NCBI GenBank assembly: GCA_963693365.1
Contig: CAVNZM010000008.1
Span: forward strand, 7,822,830-7,886,829
Length of the DNA stretch: 64,000 nt
Origin: Amoebidium appalachense
Lineage: Eukaryota; Protista; Ichthyosporea
Direction: 5' to 3'
The position numbers and the translations under genes are program-made. The notes beneath the pieces were generated by a model that worked only from the letters and a program-made list of their open reading frames with translations, was not told where the DNA came from and did no database searches. This document shows positions 1-14,066 of the stretch, piece after piece; within the stretch, counting starts at the first letter, position 1; each line of letters begins with the position of its first letter.

Positions 1-1
1 T

Positions 2-45
<44 letters not shown>

Positions 46-345
46 GCTCTTCGGTAGAGGTCAGATTTTGTGGTACCGAAAACTCCCTTCTGACAAATGA
101 CACGCACATACAACACACACAGACGCGCCTACCTAAGCAACTAAGCGAAACCCGCTTCTGTTTTCAATAGAGATTTCGTATGTACATGTGCAAGCTTGTT
201 GATAATTGAATTTTTCAGTTTTTCAAACAACCCTGTCGATAGTAAATCTGACGCATTTGCGTTGTAGACAGTAATATTCGAAAACACCAGTTAGTAGCCG
301 ACTAATTATAGTCGCTGAGAGTTTTTTTTTTAGTTTTTTTTTTTT

Positions 346-387
<42 letters not shown>

Positions 388-1197
388 GTTGTAATGTATT
401 ACTTGTGGTGTTTGCACCCCGGGGGAGGGAAAGATGGGGCAGGGGAGGGGGGGGGGGGGGGGGGGGGGGGACCATAAATACGCATGCATGCCAATAATGT
501 TTGAAGACACAGAGGACCCCTAATAGCCGCGTATTGAAATAGTTGGCTAGGGTAGAGCCCTGTGAATGGACACGAAAGTGATAATCGAACCAGGTAGAAT
601 AATCGAGATGCTTCTCTTTTCGTATTGCCTTAACCACTTCGTGCCTTGTTTTTACCACTGTACCTCACTCTCGTTTGAGTGAAAACGTTTGAATGTAGAG
701 TTACAGTAGGCAGAGAAGGGTATTGCTCGCGAGGGGGATAGGGGGAGGGGGGGGGGGGGGGGGGGGGGGGAAGGAGGGAGTAAAGTTCTGTACACGTAAA
801 ATGTAAATGTAAAAGTATGATGTGCTACCGTGACGTGTAAGCTTTTCCTAGCTGAAATATGACCACTCATAATTTCCAAGGTGCAAATCGATCACTTGGA
901 TAATCAGTGGTTACCGCTTGAATACTCGAGCAATTTAAAGTACTCAACAATAAAGAAATAATAAAAAGTGTGCCGGGATATTTTCTTTGTGTGTATGCTA
1001 TTGTAACAGTTGACAATGTACCTTCAAGGGCTAAAAACAAGAGAATCGTGTGTGTGTTGCCGGCAGGGGGGGGAGGGGAGGGTTGTTGTTGTTTAACAAT
1101 GATGTGTTGACCTAAAAGAAGACTTCGGTATATTATGTGTGTGTATGACGGCCATTATGTATGACACGGTGTGTGTGCGCGTGTACTGTGTGTGCAG

Positions 1198-1265
<68 letters not shown>

Positions 1266-1771
1266 CTGTGTGGCTGTGTGCGTGCGCGTGTGTGTGCTTA
1301 CGCGTGCGGTTGCCGTTTGGAAGAGGAGGGGGGTGGGTGGGTTGAGGGGGAGCAAAGGAACATTAAGGGGGGGGTGGTGTGTGGGTGGTGTGTGAGTGGG
1401 GAGGGGGGGGGAGAAGGGAGGGGGGGAGGGGGGGGGGAGGGGGGCAAAGAGGGGGAGAGCCTCGAGGGGGGTGGGGTGAATAAACGGGGGGGGGGGGGGG
1501 GGGGGGGGAGGGGGGGGGGGGGCAAAGAGGGGGAGAGCCTCGAGGGGGTGGGGTGAATAAACGGGGGGAAGGAACATGTTGGGGGGGGGGGGGGGGGGGT
1601 TTGAATAAACCACTCTGAAATGCAACACTCACAATCACGGAGAGGGGGGGGGGGGGGGGGGGGGGATGTTAAGTGGTGAATGGATCTTGTTGGGATTTAT
1701 TTTTTTCGATTGAGGACCGGAGGGAATGGGGGGGAGGGAAGGGTGTGTGTGTGTGTACAACTGTGTGTGTG

Positions 1772-1817
<46 letters not shown>

Positions 1818-3140
1818 ACCGTCTCCGGCCCCGGCCCACAATTTGCCTTACAGATCCCATTAGGACACCTACCGTAAAATGAATTGCAAAGGTGAGTGGG
1901 AGGGGGAGGGGGGCGGGGTAGTGTGTGTGTGTGTGTGTGTATGTGTGTATGTGAGGGGAGTGGGGGGTACAACAACTAGAGTGAACCACCCATTCTAAGA
2001 AGGAAGCTGGGAGGTCAGGGAGTGCCTCAGGGGTGGAAGGAGGGGGGAGCTCCGAGGAAGGGAGAGAGGGGCAGGAGGGGGAAAGGCGGGAGAGGAAAGA
2101 GGAAAGACATGCATTTGGAAGTGGGGAGGGGGAAAGTTCGTGCTTGGTCAGCACAAGTACATTTTGGGGGGGAGGGGGAGGGGGGGGAAGGGGAACACGA
2201 GGAGGCAAAGGAAGAGGGGGGGAGAGGGGGGGGAGGGGGGAGGGGGGGAGAAGGTTCGCACTAGCCTGAGGGTGCACCGTCAGAGGACAATGTTGGGAGG
2301 AGGCAAGTTGTAAGAAACGTGGCCGGAAACAGAGGCAGGCTACACACAAAACACTGGAATTTCACCTAACCATCTGTGTGTATGTGTGTTGTGGCGGTGG
2401 TGGGCGGGTGGGCGGGTGGGGGGAGGGGGGGGGGGGGGGAGGGGGGGGGGGGGAGGGGGGGGGGGGAGGAAGGGGGGGTTGGAGGGGGGGATGATCATGG
2501 GAGAAGGGGAAGGGGAGGGAGGGATCATCGGGAGGGAAGTCAACACAAAAGGAGACGAAGCCGAAGTGTGAAGAGTGTTTGCTATCAGAGTCAAAGGATT
2601 AGGCACATAGAGACACTGCTAGTTTGTGTTTTTGTATATTTTATTTCACCTTTCACGTTCAAATATGGTGCATTTTTTCATGTAGTGCAATATAACTATG
2701 TCTCAGTATAAAATGTGACACATTTCCATGTTTTTTTTAAGGCGTCGGTTGTGAATTTCACGAGGCCTTGCATTATCATCTTTAGCCATGTGGAATGTTA
2801 CCCGAGAAAACTGGGGGAAACAGGAACATATTGTACAAATCCGGAATGAAAAGTCCCTATGAAGGAGCATTTGAAATAAAGCTTCCTATCAAACCACCTA
2901 GAAGTCCACACGAAACCGAATGATATAGCAACATATAAAAACGACACCAATACTTGAAATAAACACATTTAAAAAATTTCAACGCCTGCGGGTCGATCCA
3001 TCCGCACTACTTAGCTCATAAAAAACCAACGTCGTCATTCAACATGCTATGAGCATCCCTATACACCCAACCACCACCTAACAAACTATTTTACTCGCCA
3101 TCTCCTACCGGCACTTAAAAACTCTTTTAACGTCGAGTCT

Positions 3141-5373
3141 CTATTGGCTCCCGCCATTCACAAGCTGCACCGTCACCGTCTCGGTGACCGTCATCGTGTA
3201 CGCAACAGTTTGACACCCTGTTTGTGTGGGGGTGGGGATTACAGTCTCGGTAACAGTGACATACACCGTGGCCGTAGGGTTCGAACCCGCATTGTTCCCA
3301 CTGTTCGCGTCAAAACTTCTCTGGTTGGCGTTGTAGGTTTGCCCGGGGGAGGACTCGACGCCGACAAACATATTCTGGCGAACCTCCGGAGATATCACGT
3401 TGTTTGAATCATCCGAGGAAGCCATCGTGTCTTGATTTTCGTTGAAATCGAGGTCACGACGGCAGCGGCGGCGGCGGACGCCGGAATCGGCCTGCTCCAC
3501 TGTGGGGAAGTTGCGACGCGAAATATCCTTCTCCTCGTTAGATTCATCCTCGATATCGCCAGTCACCGCGCCCTCCGACGAATAACTGGAAGAATCGACG
3601 TCAACGTCAGAGACACCGCTGTCCTGCGAGTTTTCGCTGTCGTCAACGGAACCCCCCTCCTCCTTCTCACCGTCGTTGGAGAGCCCCGTGGCGGTCTCCT
3701 CCCCGTTTCCTTCCTCCCCCGTTTCCTCGACCATATCCTCCCCCTGTTCAGTCCCCTCCGACTCTCCGTCCTGGGAGGCGTCCGAATTGGCGGGCTGGTC
3801 AGAAGCGTCGGAAAACTCCTCTGATTCGTCGCCGTTGTCTGCAGTGGTGTCGTTTGATTGGTCCTCGCTGGAGGCGTTGGCGTCATCCGATTGGTCCGTG
3901 GCATCAGAGAACTCCTCCTCCTCGTCGCCGGCATTGTCACCTGATTCGTCGCCGGCTTTTGCGGCGGAACTATCCTCGTCGTTTGATTGGTCGTTCGAGT
4001 CAACAGCCTCCTCGCCGTCGGCCGAGCCGTCGTCGGCAGAGTCACGCGAGTCTGCGCTGAGCCCGTTTGCCTCCTCCCCAGTCTCCTCGCTATTTTCACT
4101 GTTATCCTCGCTACCCTCCTCCCCAACCTCGTTGTTTTCAGAGTTGTCACCCTCGCTGGCGTCTGACTCCCCATCATCCTCGATACCGTTACCATTTTCC
4201 TCCCCTACACCATTCCCCGCCGAGGAGTTCTCTTCACCAGAACCGTTGTCGTCCTCGCCGGCTGCCGAACTATCGCCGCTTTCCTCTCCGTTTTCCTCGT
4301 TAGTCTCATCGGAGTTGCCAGAGGAAGAAAAGTCACGTCGACTAATGGACTCCGAGTCTTCCTCCGAACCATCGGCGCTATCCGGCACCTCGGATTCGTC
4401 AACAGTCTCCCCGTTGGTGTCGGCACCTTCGCTTGAGTCATCCCCCTCCGCACCCGCGTCGGCACTGGCCTCGTCTCCTTCCTCGGAGATATCACCATTC
4501 CCCTCGCTCTCCTCATCCTCGACCTCTGTCTTATCCTGTCCGTCGACTTGGTCGTCATTGGCCGCACCGTCGCCGTCCTGACTCACAGAAGAGTCATCCT
4601 GGGAGGCCTCCCCCTCGTTACTGTCACCGGAGTCAGTCTCATCCTCATTTGAATCAACATCCCCCTCGGTGGGTCCAGTCTTGTCCTCGTTGGATTCAGC
4701 CTTGTTGCCATTATCGAGTGACCTGCCCTCAGCCTCCTCCCCCTGTTCCACCTCACCGTCCCCCTCCTCCTCCGACACCGCCTGGTTTTCGTTCTCGTTA
4801 TTTTCCTCGGAAACATCTCCGCTGGCAGTATCAGAATCCCCGAAGGTGTCCTCTGAGGAAGACACACCCTTCTCGTTACTGTCAATACTGTCCTCGTCGT
4901 TGGAACTCGATTCCTCGGCGACATCCGCCCCGTCCTCCGAGTTTCCAGAGTCGTCCTGCCCGCCCGTGCTTTCCTCGGAAACATCACCGGTTTCATCGGT
5001 AATTTCATCACTGCCTCCCTCCTCCGATCCGGTCTCCTCGTTCTCTTCCTCACCAAATACCTCGCCGCCGTCGGTCGAGGTCGAGGAGGTGTCGTCCGTC
5101 TTCTCCAATGAGGATTCGTCGTCGCCGGCGGGAGAGTCGTTCTGATTGGTCGTGTCGTCCTCGGTAGCCTCTTCAAAATGGTACGAGCGGGATTCACGGT
5201 TACTGCAAATGGGAAAATAAGAGAGGTGTTAAAAGAATGTGCAGGGATTTAATTTCAGAAGTCTCGCAAGAACGTTTGAGAGGGAGAAGAGGTTGAGCGA
5301 CAAATAATGCTACCATCACGTGATGGGGTTTAAAGTGTGATTGTGTGTGTGTGATTGTGTGTGTGCGCGCGCG

Positions 5374-5464
<91 letters not shown>

Positions 5465-5799
5465 GTTGGTTGAGTGGCTGGGTAGGTTGGGTGGGGTGGA
5501 GGGAGGAGTAGGAGAAGGAATTGCAGGGGGGGGGGGGGGGGGGGGGGGGGGGGTTCCCCCATGCCTGACCATATATACACACACAAGCACAACTTCACCA
5601 TCCCTATTACTCCCCTCTGCACACAGTGACTTGCTATCATCACACTCATCTGCTCACACACACAGTTCAAGCAAATCCCTCGGTCAGCCTTTACCCACTT
5701 CCACCAACATTCTTGCGCCCGTAAACTCACCCCACAGTGAAACCCTCATCGTTTGTGACACATAAAAAACCCTTCTATGCCCCCCCTCTCCCCCCCCCC

Positions 5800-5831
<32 letters not shown>

Positions 5832-6765
5832 TCCCCTCCCCCCCCCCCCCCCCCCCCCCCCTGGTCCCTAGTCCCATCCCAATCAAAAAGAAATAGAAAG
5901 CAAGGTAAATCTTTTTCGCACACTCAAAGGCACAAGCTTCAAATTTAATAACCCCTCCTGCATCAGCCCCCCCCCCCCCCCCCCCCCCCCCCCCCCTTCC
6001 CCCTCTAATTTCCTCTCCGATATTGATGCCACACCACATTTATTCTCATGCCAAAGGTTTTCTTGTATTAAAAACAACAATGCGCATACCCTCGACTAAA
6101 TCGACTAAATATAAAAATAACTGCATCATAGCTTCTGCACTATGAAAATCTTGCACAAGCACAACGGCACACTTTTTGACCACGTGCAGCAGTTACACAA
6201 AGATTCACGTGTCAACCACAAATCCAAAAACGCGATTTCAATATATAACATCCCTAGTTTACGGGCACGAAGTAAGACTAACGTGCAAACATGTATGAAA
6301 TGGCTAAAAAAAATAGCTGGGCTGAGCGTATACTACATGGTTAACTTGGGAATATGGCCTCGTAAAGCACTTGGGTAAGCTGAAAATGCACAGCAAACCT
6401 CTATCTATTATTCAGTCCACACACCAAAATATGGAGTAAAACACACCACGTTTGCCTTACCCACCCGTTTCAAAAGCAAACCCATTTTTACCAATACATC
6501 CCTGTTCCTGATAATGAATAGCAAAATCCAGCCAACAGCAGCAAGAAGCAAAGAACCCCAGAAGTCTCGAGGCCTCCAAATGGTTCCTAAATACTTTTGA
6601 ATTCATTCACACATTTACACACCTGTTAACTGCTGCATGTCTGCGGGCAACGTTCACTCCTCCATTTCCACGTGCCAGCCCATATGACCTCTGGGGCACG
6701 GGTCTTGTGGCCGCGAGGGCTGAAAGTGAGGCGATTACCGCCACCGTATACACCACCCGAACCAT
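3141..6765 (-). CDS. Secreted, highly acidic D/E/S/G-rich low-complexity protein (~734 aa, 2 exons: 6765-6623 and 5202-3141)
   Basis: Exon 1 reads MVRVVYTVAVIASLSALAATRPVP (signal-peptide-like) and ends AACAG|GTGTGT in phase 2. The acceptor TTGCAG|T at 5202 restores the frame of ORF 3141..5108. The protein has dibasic sites (ISRRDF, ISRRNF, RRRRCRRDLDF) and two C-terminal TVTVTETV-like motifs. Confidence 0.8.
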
Positions 6766-7169
6766 TTTCAAAACACTCTGCAAGAATTCACTGTGTGCAC
6801 ACTCTTTCGACTACTGACTACTTCCTACGCACACGCGAAAGTGTGGGTCAATTTAGAGTATATGAAGTATGGTTGAATACGAATAAAGTGAAATTTATGT
6901 GTGTCGGTTCTGCAGCTATCCCACTAGTGCATGCTTCTGTTCCAGGTGCATGTGTGAGTGGTGAGCGAAAGCTGAGTGCAAGAAGTTTTTTTTTGCAAAA
7001 ATGCTCCTGGGTGCTGGCGTGTGGGTGTGAGCGCCCTTCGACCGCCGACATGGGAATGCCCGAACCAAAGGATGATTGGTTCTCAATACGCCCGATTGTG
7101 GTAGCGGCCCGGCGTCTTCCCCTGTTCTAACTGTGTTAGAAAAATATGCAATGGAAATAAACAAAACTT

Positions 7170-7460
7170 TTGCTTTATAAAAACCTATCATTTTTTGGAT
7201 AGTTATAATTGCTGAAAAAGCAAACGAAATAGCATCAAAGGGGAAAATCCCGGAGACATTGTGAAACTGCTCTGTTGAAAGAGATATTTCAAAAAAAAGA
7301 AATGATAGCTGGGTCGGTCGATTTCATTTGTGATTAGTCATGAGCCGCTAAGTAGCATTGATTTTGGCTACTCCGATTGGTTCATATTATGATTGGTTCG
7401 CCTGAGCAGGCGCGATGTCTGATTGGTATATTATCCATAAACGCCTTACTATTGGCTCAC
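7170..7460 (-). promoter_or_regulatory. CCAAT-box cluster and AT-rich core, putative promoter of the acidic-protein gene
   Basis: Four ATTGG (CCAAT on the minus strand) at ~7376, 7393, 7422 and 7451, TATA-like sequences at ~7174-7208, in a microsatellite-free stretch upstream of the ATG at 6765. Confidence 0.45.
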
Positions 7461-7553
7461 CTAAAATGTTGACCTCCAATCAACGATGACTGCCGCCTTG
7501 AGCCACAACAGCCCTAAAGGGCATAAAACTAATACATACAGCGCTAGCAATAT

Positions 7554-7622
<69 letters not shown>

Positions 7623-7753
7623 GTTTTTATAAAACAAAAAAAAAAAAAGGAATATCATAGTAATGATCTAACGTCTGGCGGCGCGTCTCGAACCCAAATA
7701 TACACCCAGTGACAACCCCCCCCCCCCCCCCCCCCCCCCCCCGGCCCCCCCCC

Positions 7754-7796
<43 letters not shown>

Positions 7797-7873
7797 CCCC
7801 CCTCCCCCCTAGTCTCCAAGGCTTTGTACCCACTAGCTTACCGTACGGTAAGTCCCTAGGCCGGCCCTACTAC

Positions 7874-7936
7874 GCTGCGGCAACATACAAGGTTAGTTAG
7901 AGAGCTGCGGCAACATACAAGGTAGGTTAGAGAGCT
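7874..7936. repeat. 30-bp tandem duplication (GCTGCGGCAACATACAAGGTWRGTTAGAGA x2) flanked by perfect palindromes at 7837-7852 and 7982-7999
   Basis: Read directly from the sequence. Confidence 0.85.
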
Positions 7937-8143
7937 GGGAGACAGCACTCAAAGTGACTACCCTCCAGAGCCCCCCAAAAGTTTACTAATATTAGTAAAG
8001 TAGTATGGTATCAGGGTTTTGCTTCCCCCCCCTCCCCAACCCCCAAAACACACACACACGCACGCACACACACACACGCGCGCGCGCGCACGGACACACG
8101 CACACCGTGGCACACACACGCACACACACACGCACACGCACGC

Positions 8144-8205
<62 letters not shown>

Positions 8206-8356
8206 ACACCGCCTCCGCCCCGGGGCCGCGGGGTATCTCACAGAGTTCCGATTCATATATTTTTCTTTTTCAAGTTATTTATTTATTATTTGGCTCGCTC
8301 GTTCCATCATGATCAATGCCCCCTAGCTAGGCCTGGGCCCCCCTCCCCCCCTCTCC

Positions 8357-8387
<31 letters not shown>

Positions 8388-8556
8388 CCCCCTCCCCCCG
8401 CACGCATTTACGCATTTCCGCACGCCTCCCCCTGCAGATGTATGTACACGCGAATTCTCTGTAATACATACGTCGGCCTCTACAAGAAGTGAATTATTGG
8501 TGCCATCACGACAGCATTTTTTGGAATCAGCAAAAACACAGTTTCAAACACGCACG

Positions 8557-8587
<31 letters not shown>

Positions 8588-8966
8588 GATTTCTTTATTT
8601 CATTCTATCGGTTTAGCACTCGGCTTCAAGCCCATTGCGCGACAACCGCCCCGAGTCTACATGTGTCGGATGTACAGAATGTGATCGCCGCGGTACAACT
8701 CCTACACTCTGCTGATCGGACCCTGGTCCCGCCATAACAGACAGTACTAACTCCAGGGGGGCACAACCATGCCACAGCATGCAACTTGAGAGCTATTGGC
8801 TACAGGCTATTGGCCCAACCTTAGCAACTTCACCAGAAACCCAATCTAGATGCAAAAGGGCTTCTAATCACTAGGTAGCAATAGCAGTTGACGGCGCATA
8901 TCCAGTCACTCACACCCTAGCAACCTCGGGCCGGCCCCACCGCCGACGTGACCCGTTTCCGCGCGC

Positions 8967-9017
<51 letters not shown>

Positions 9018-9747
9018 TTATGTGTGTGTGTTAATGTTTGTTTGGTGGTTTTGCCCTAAGTTTAATTGGATGCCATGCGCCGTTAGGTGTGCTCTGGGCG
9101 CAAAAAACCACCGAGCCCACTTGGCCGAGGGGCTGTGGCCGGCAGGGGGGTCCAATTTGCTGTAATCAGGGGGGCCCAAAGGTATCCCGGAGGGATCGAC
9201 CTGAAACACGGTATCATACGCGGACTGCGGCCGATGCAACCATCTTTGGTGGAAGTTCCGATGGTCGAAATGAACGGGATGGCATTGAGCAGTATGCGAG
9301 CACATTATGCCAGTGTGTGGCTCTCTCAAACAACTGCAGACAAACAAGGGACCCTCTGGGCAAGCACCAGTAAGCACGATGACCCAATAGACGGAACTAC
9401 CTCCATCAGTCACGAGTTCTTGGACGTTGCGAACAAAACGGTACGCAGTGTCGATGGTGACGCCGGGAGGGGTTGGCTGCATGACCGGAACCATTGCTGC
9501 ATCCACCTCCTCCATAAGCCACATGTTGTTGTGGGCCATACCCAAATTGATGGAGTATATGTCATGTGCATGTTTCGTGTAGTGCAGCCGGCACATAGTG
9601 GCTGGATCGATTAAGCCCTCCTGCATCAGGGCGACATCCGTTCGTGACGGACGAACCTGTAAAGCCGGAATGTTTGAGTGTTGGTGTGATGGTATTGGAG
9701 GTTGATGTCCTGCCCTTAGCCCCCCCCCCCCCCCCCCCCCCCCCCCT

Positions 9748-9778
<31 letters not shown>

Positions 9779-10002
9779 ACCCACCCGTCCCTCCACCCAT
9801 CAGGCCCATAGATAATGCTTCAAGTCTCCTACGGAGTTGAAACCACATGTTTTCTGCCATCCAAAGCTAGTTTTCCCCAACACTACAGAGATTACTGGCC
9901 AGATTTATGTTATGTAAGATTTGTAAGCAGAGAGACAGGCACAATACATGTATTGTGAGGGGCGCCGGGGTGGGGGCGGGGTGTGTGTCTGTGTCTGCGT
10001 GT

Positions 10003-10047
<45 letters not shown>

Positions 10048-10591
10048 GGAGAGCAGCATCCAAAGGTGTCCAGGTGGTGAACAATAATGAGCTCGCACAC
10101 ACAAAGGCAGCATTGTGGTAGGTTTGGAGCGAGGGCATTGCCAGACACGCTTACTCCGAATGCAGCCAGGTTTGCCCTGCGGTCCCTCTTGGCACACTGG
10201 TCCTCGTTGGCCATGATCATCTTCATAACGTCCACTACGTTGGCACATACGCCCTGCTGCGCTTTGAACTCGTGCATCTTGGACTCGGTGGCAGAGTTTC
10301 CACTCAGGCCATCATTGAAGAAGGGCAGGCGGTAAGGGCCAGCCCAGTTGTGGGCATTATCCAGGATTTGGTCCTCCACATACCTATTTAGTTCAGTGTT
10401 AGAAGCAGAATGGCATCCGACAACAATCCCTTTCTAAAAAGAACAATGGCATCCGACAACAATCCAACAATCCATCCGACAAAACAAGGGGGGGGGGGGG
10501 GGGGGGGGGGGGGGAGAGGGGGAAGAACAAACAGGGCTGGTGTACGTTGCAGGGGGTGGTGTGCCGGGGGTGGTGATGGTTGTGTGTATGT

Positions 10592-10622
<31 letters not shown>

Positions 10623-10883
10623 GGGGGAGGGAGGAGAAGGGGAAGAGGGGGGGAGGGGGGGGGGGGGGGGAGGGGGGGATTTATAGGAGTTTCCTACGAA
10701 ATCTTTATAGGAGCCTACATAACCTACTAACCCTGAAAGTCCCACCGACATAACGAGATAGAGGGACACAAGGGACATAAACCTGTGTGTGTGAATGTGT
10801 AAACATGTGTGGGTGAATTGAATGTGAAAAGGACAATTATTGAGCATGAGCATGAGCTTGTGCGTCCACGGGGGAGGGGGAGG

Positions 10884-10917
<34 letters not shown>

Positions 10918-11095
10918 TGATGAAAAAATTGTAGATTACAACGATGGAGCATGAGCATGAGCATGAAGATGGAGAGGAGGAGGAGGGGGGGGGGGGGGGG
11001 GGGGGGGGAATGCAATGAGTGGTTTGGAGATGGACAGGTTACAGGTACATGTGCCGAAAAAAGGGGGGTGGGGGTGCGGGTGGGGGTAGGGGGGT

Positions 11096-11126
<31 letters not shown>

Positions 11127-12064
11127 GGGGGGAGAAAGGCCCACCTCATTAATGTTTCGTCGCCAGCTGACAACTGGAGCAGGCGGGCAACACCGTTGTT
11201 GAAAATGGAAGTGTCATGGGTGAACTTCAGGCGCTCGAAAATGCTCTCCATTTGAGACTTGGCATCGGCCGATACATGTCCACGGTCGATGCTATCCTTG
11301 ACATTTCCATCCTTGTGGAATACACAAATAAACTGCACCAATGCACCGAGAATGGCACGGGCACTGGTTGGAGCCGAAGGGTCATCTGTGCAAAAAAAAA
11401 AAAAGAAAATGCGATCAGCCCATTATTAGGGAGCGAGATGCAGGAGTAGGCACACATGCTATGACATGTCCACGGGAGTAGAATCATTGAACCATATAAA
11501 AGAAACCAAATGATATCGATGTTTAAGTGTGTAATTACTTTGCAAAAACTGGGTAACTATAACCACTGCAAGGTGGAACAGATTGAAGGAACAGATAGTG
11601 TCCTTTCACAGTAAGCATACACCGGACTTTAGCAGGTGCGGCAGGTGAGGGGATGATGAGTACCCGCACCTTCATACGCCCCGTCGGTGGTGAACGAATC
11701 CACGGCCCCTGCCGGTAAATGGAGTCCCACTGAATGCAAAGTTGCCATGCACTCTGACAAGGCCCACTGTGTTATGGCTTTGTTCTCCGTGAGAGCAAGA
11801 ACATAAGCCACGATTTGAGTTGTGGCCAAGTGGTCACGGACGTTGATAGCACCAAATCTCCATCCGTCCACAGACACTCCAGAGTGGGTGTAGTCCAACT
11901 GGACGAGCTGGGGTATGATGGGGCGGTAACATGTGAGTTTGACCAGAATCAAGGCATATGGCCTTGACAGGAAGAAAGCGGAGATAACAATCGTGGCGCT
12001 ATGAGTACAAGGCATGTGGGGGTCGGGGACAGGGAGAGTCTGTGTTCGTGTGTGTGTGTGTGTG

Positions 12065-12095
<31 letters not shown>

Positions 12096-13952
12096 ATTAT
12101 AACGAAAAAACACAGGTTTCAACAACACAGGGCATGAGGGCACATGTGAGTATGCACCATATAAAACTAGAGTTCATCCGCCACCCCGGAGGGGGGAAGG
12201 GGGGAGGGGGGGGGGGGAGGGGGAGGGAGGGGGGAAAGGCATACTTTACGACACAGAGCACTTCGTGACAAAAGTAGAAAATAGCTGAAGATGCATGCCC
12301 AGGAAGAAGGAGGGGGGAGGGGGGTGTATGGGAGACGGGGGGAGGGTGAGGCACAAACATGGACGGTTGGAGAAAATGTAATCTGTAAGAAGAGACATTG
12401 CCCTTCCATAGACTAATCGGTCACAAGACATATCGGTCACGTAGCCATATAAGACCACACCTAGAGTTAATGGGTGTGCGGCCCATGGGCACAGCGGGTG
12501 GGCCGGTGTGTGTGTGTGGGGGGGAGGGGAGGGGGAGGGGGGGGGGGGGGGGGGGGGGGTGTTATATGCAAGGCATGAGAAGGAGGAGTGCCAATTAAAA
12601 ACATATACGAACACGAAGGGAAGGGAGGGAGGAGAGGGGGGGGGAGGGGAAGGGGGGGGGGGGGGGGGAGGGGGGGGGAGGGGGAGGGGGAAGGGGAGGT
12701 CCAAATCAAGTAAAGAAAGCGACAATGTCCAACAAAAGCAGTAAGGAAACAAAACACGAACATGCATACGAGCATGCAGCATAGGCACAGCCAACCTTTC
12801 GGGGGGTCCAAATCATATACCATGTCCGAGTTTCGACCCAGAAGGAGGAGGAGGAAGAGGAGGAGGAAGAGGAGGAGGAAGAGGAGGAGGAAGAGGAGGG
12901 GCAGGGGGAAGGGGGGGGGGGGGGGGGGGGGGGAGGAAGACAGAATAACTCATGTTACCATCCAAACTGGGACAATAAGGGTGGGGGTTGACGCAAAATG
13001 AAAATGATTGGAAGAGCGCAAAAGGGTGGGATGGGAGAAAAAAGGGTATACAAACACCTGAAAAACCGGGAGGGGGGGGGGGGGGGGGGGGGGGGATTTG
13101 TACCTGACCAAGGGTATAGAGCAGGGCGATGCCACGTGGAAACATCATGAAGACCCCATCCAACACCCTACTGCCATCGGCCGTAGGGTTGCATGTATGA
13201 GGTACGACACGGGCATGGTGGGAAACAGGCAACGATTCGACCAATGCAGCAACACCAGCCCCAATGGCAGCTCCGTCCATGGGCACCTGTGTTGTTGTCG
13301 TACCCCTCCCCCTAATCTTGGACTGCAACCGCTGGAGAAGATTGGGACTGATATCGTAGGGGTACTTGCTGCATGCAGCCGGGCAGTCCTTCACAATGAA
13401 CTGCCTGGAAAGAGAAAACGTTAATGAAACGCCCCCTCACAATCCCTCTTTCTCATCATGCAAAAAAAGCTACAATGAAGGTAAGTTCACAACCCCCCAA
13501 GGGCACCGGCATACATACATAGATATATACATATATATGCGCACACATCCACCCACCCACCCACCCACCCACCCACACACGGACACACCCACACCCACAA
13601 ACACACACAAGCACGGCACACACGCACACCCGCACAAACACACCCACCCACCCACCCACCCACCCACCCACACAAACGCACCCACGCACCCACCCGCCCG
13701 CCCACCCACCCACCCATCCACACAATATCTCAGAGGCTCACATACATAATAACGTGGGGTTTACGCTGTTTACTCGAGGCAAAGAGAAACCAGTCTCAGG
13801 TATGGGGGGGGGTTTTGCTCGGAATATCCCCTCAGCGGTATATCATGAACACGTACATAGATGTCGGGTGATGACTATATATCAGGGTTTACTTTCTCTA
13901 CGAGACACCATAAAGACTACAAGGAGAAATCAATTAGTTGGGGTTCCCGGCC

Positions 13953-13994
<42 letters not shown>

Positions 13995-14025
13995 GGGCTC
14001 CCCTGGGACACTCGGTATCAGCTGG

Positions 14026-14066
<41 letters not shown>

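Noticed and set aside
1441-1568. ~50-bp duplication between G runs (similar cases at 10408-10470, 41190/41462 and 50836-50950)
   Set aside because: Real, but most simply explained by local slippage next to homopolymers; no sign of function.
130-2700. Exon-like islands at the start of the window
   Set aside because: Splice-like sites exist, but the best-bounded one (~1853-1891 +) has stops in all three frames and no coherent protein could be built.
3144-5197. Long antisense and alternate-frame ORFs over the acidic gene (e.g. 3676..4581 +)
   Set aside because: Shadow frames produced by the codon bias of the D/E/S-rich coding strand.
6461-6586. Phase-compatible extra exon for the acidic gene
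   Set aside because: It would need a 36-nt upstream intron, shorter than any other intron inferred here (minimum 64 nt).
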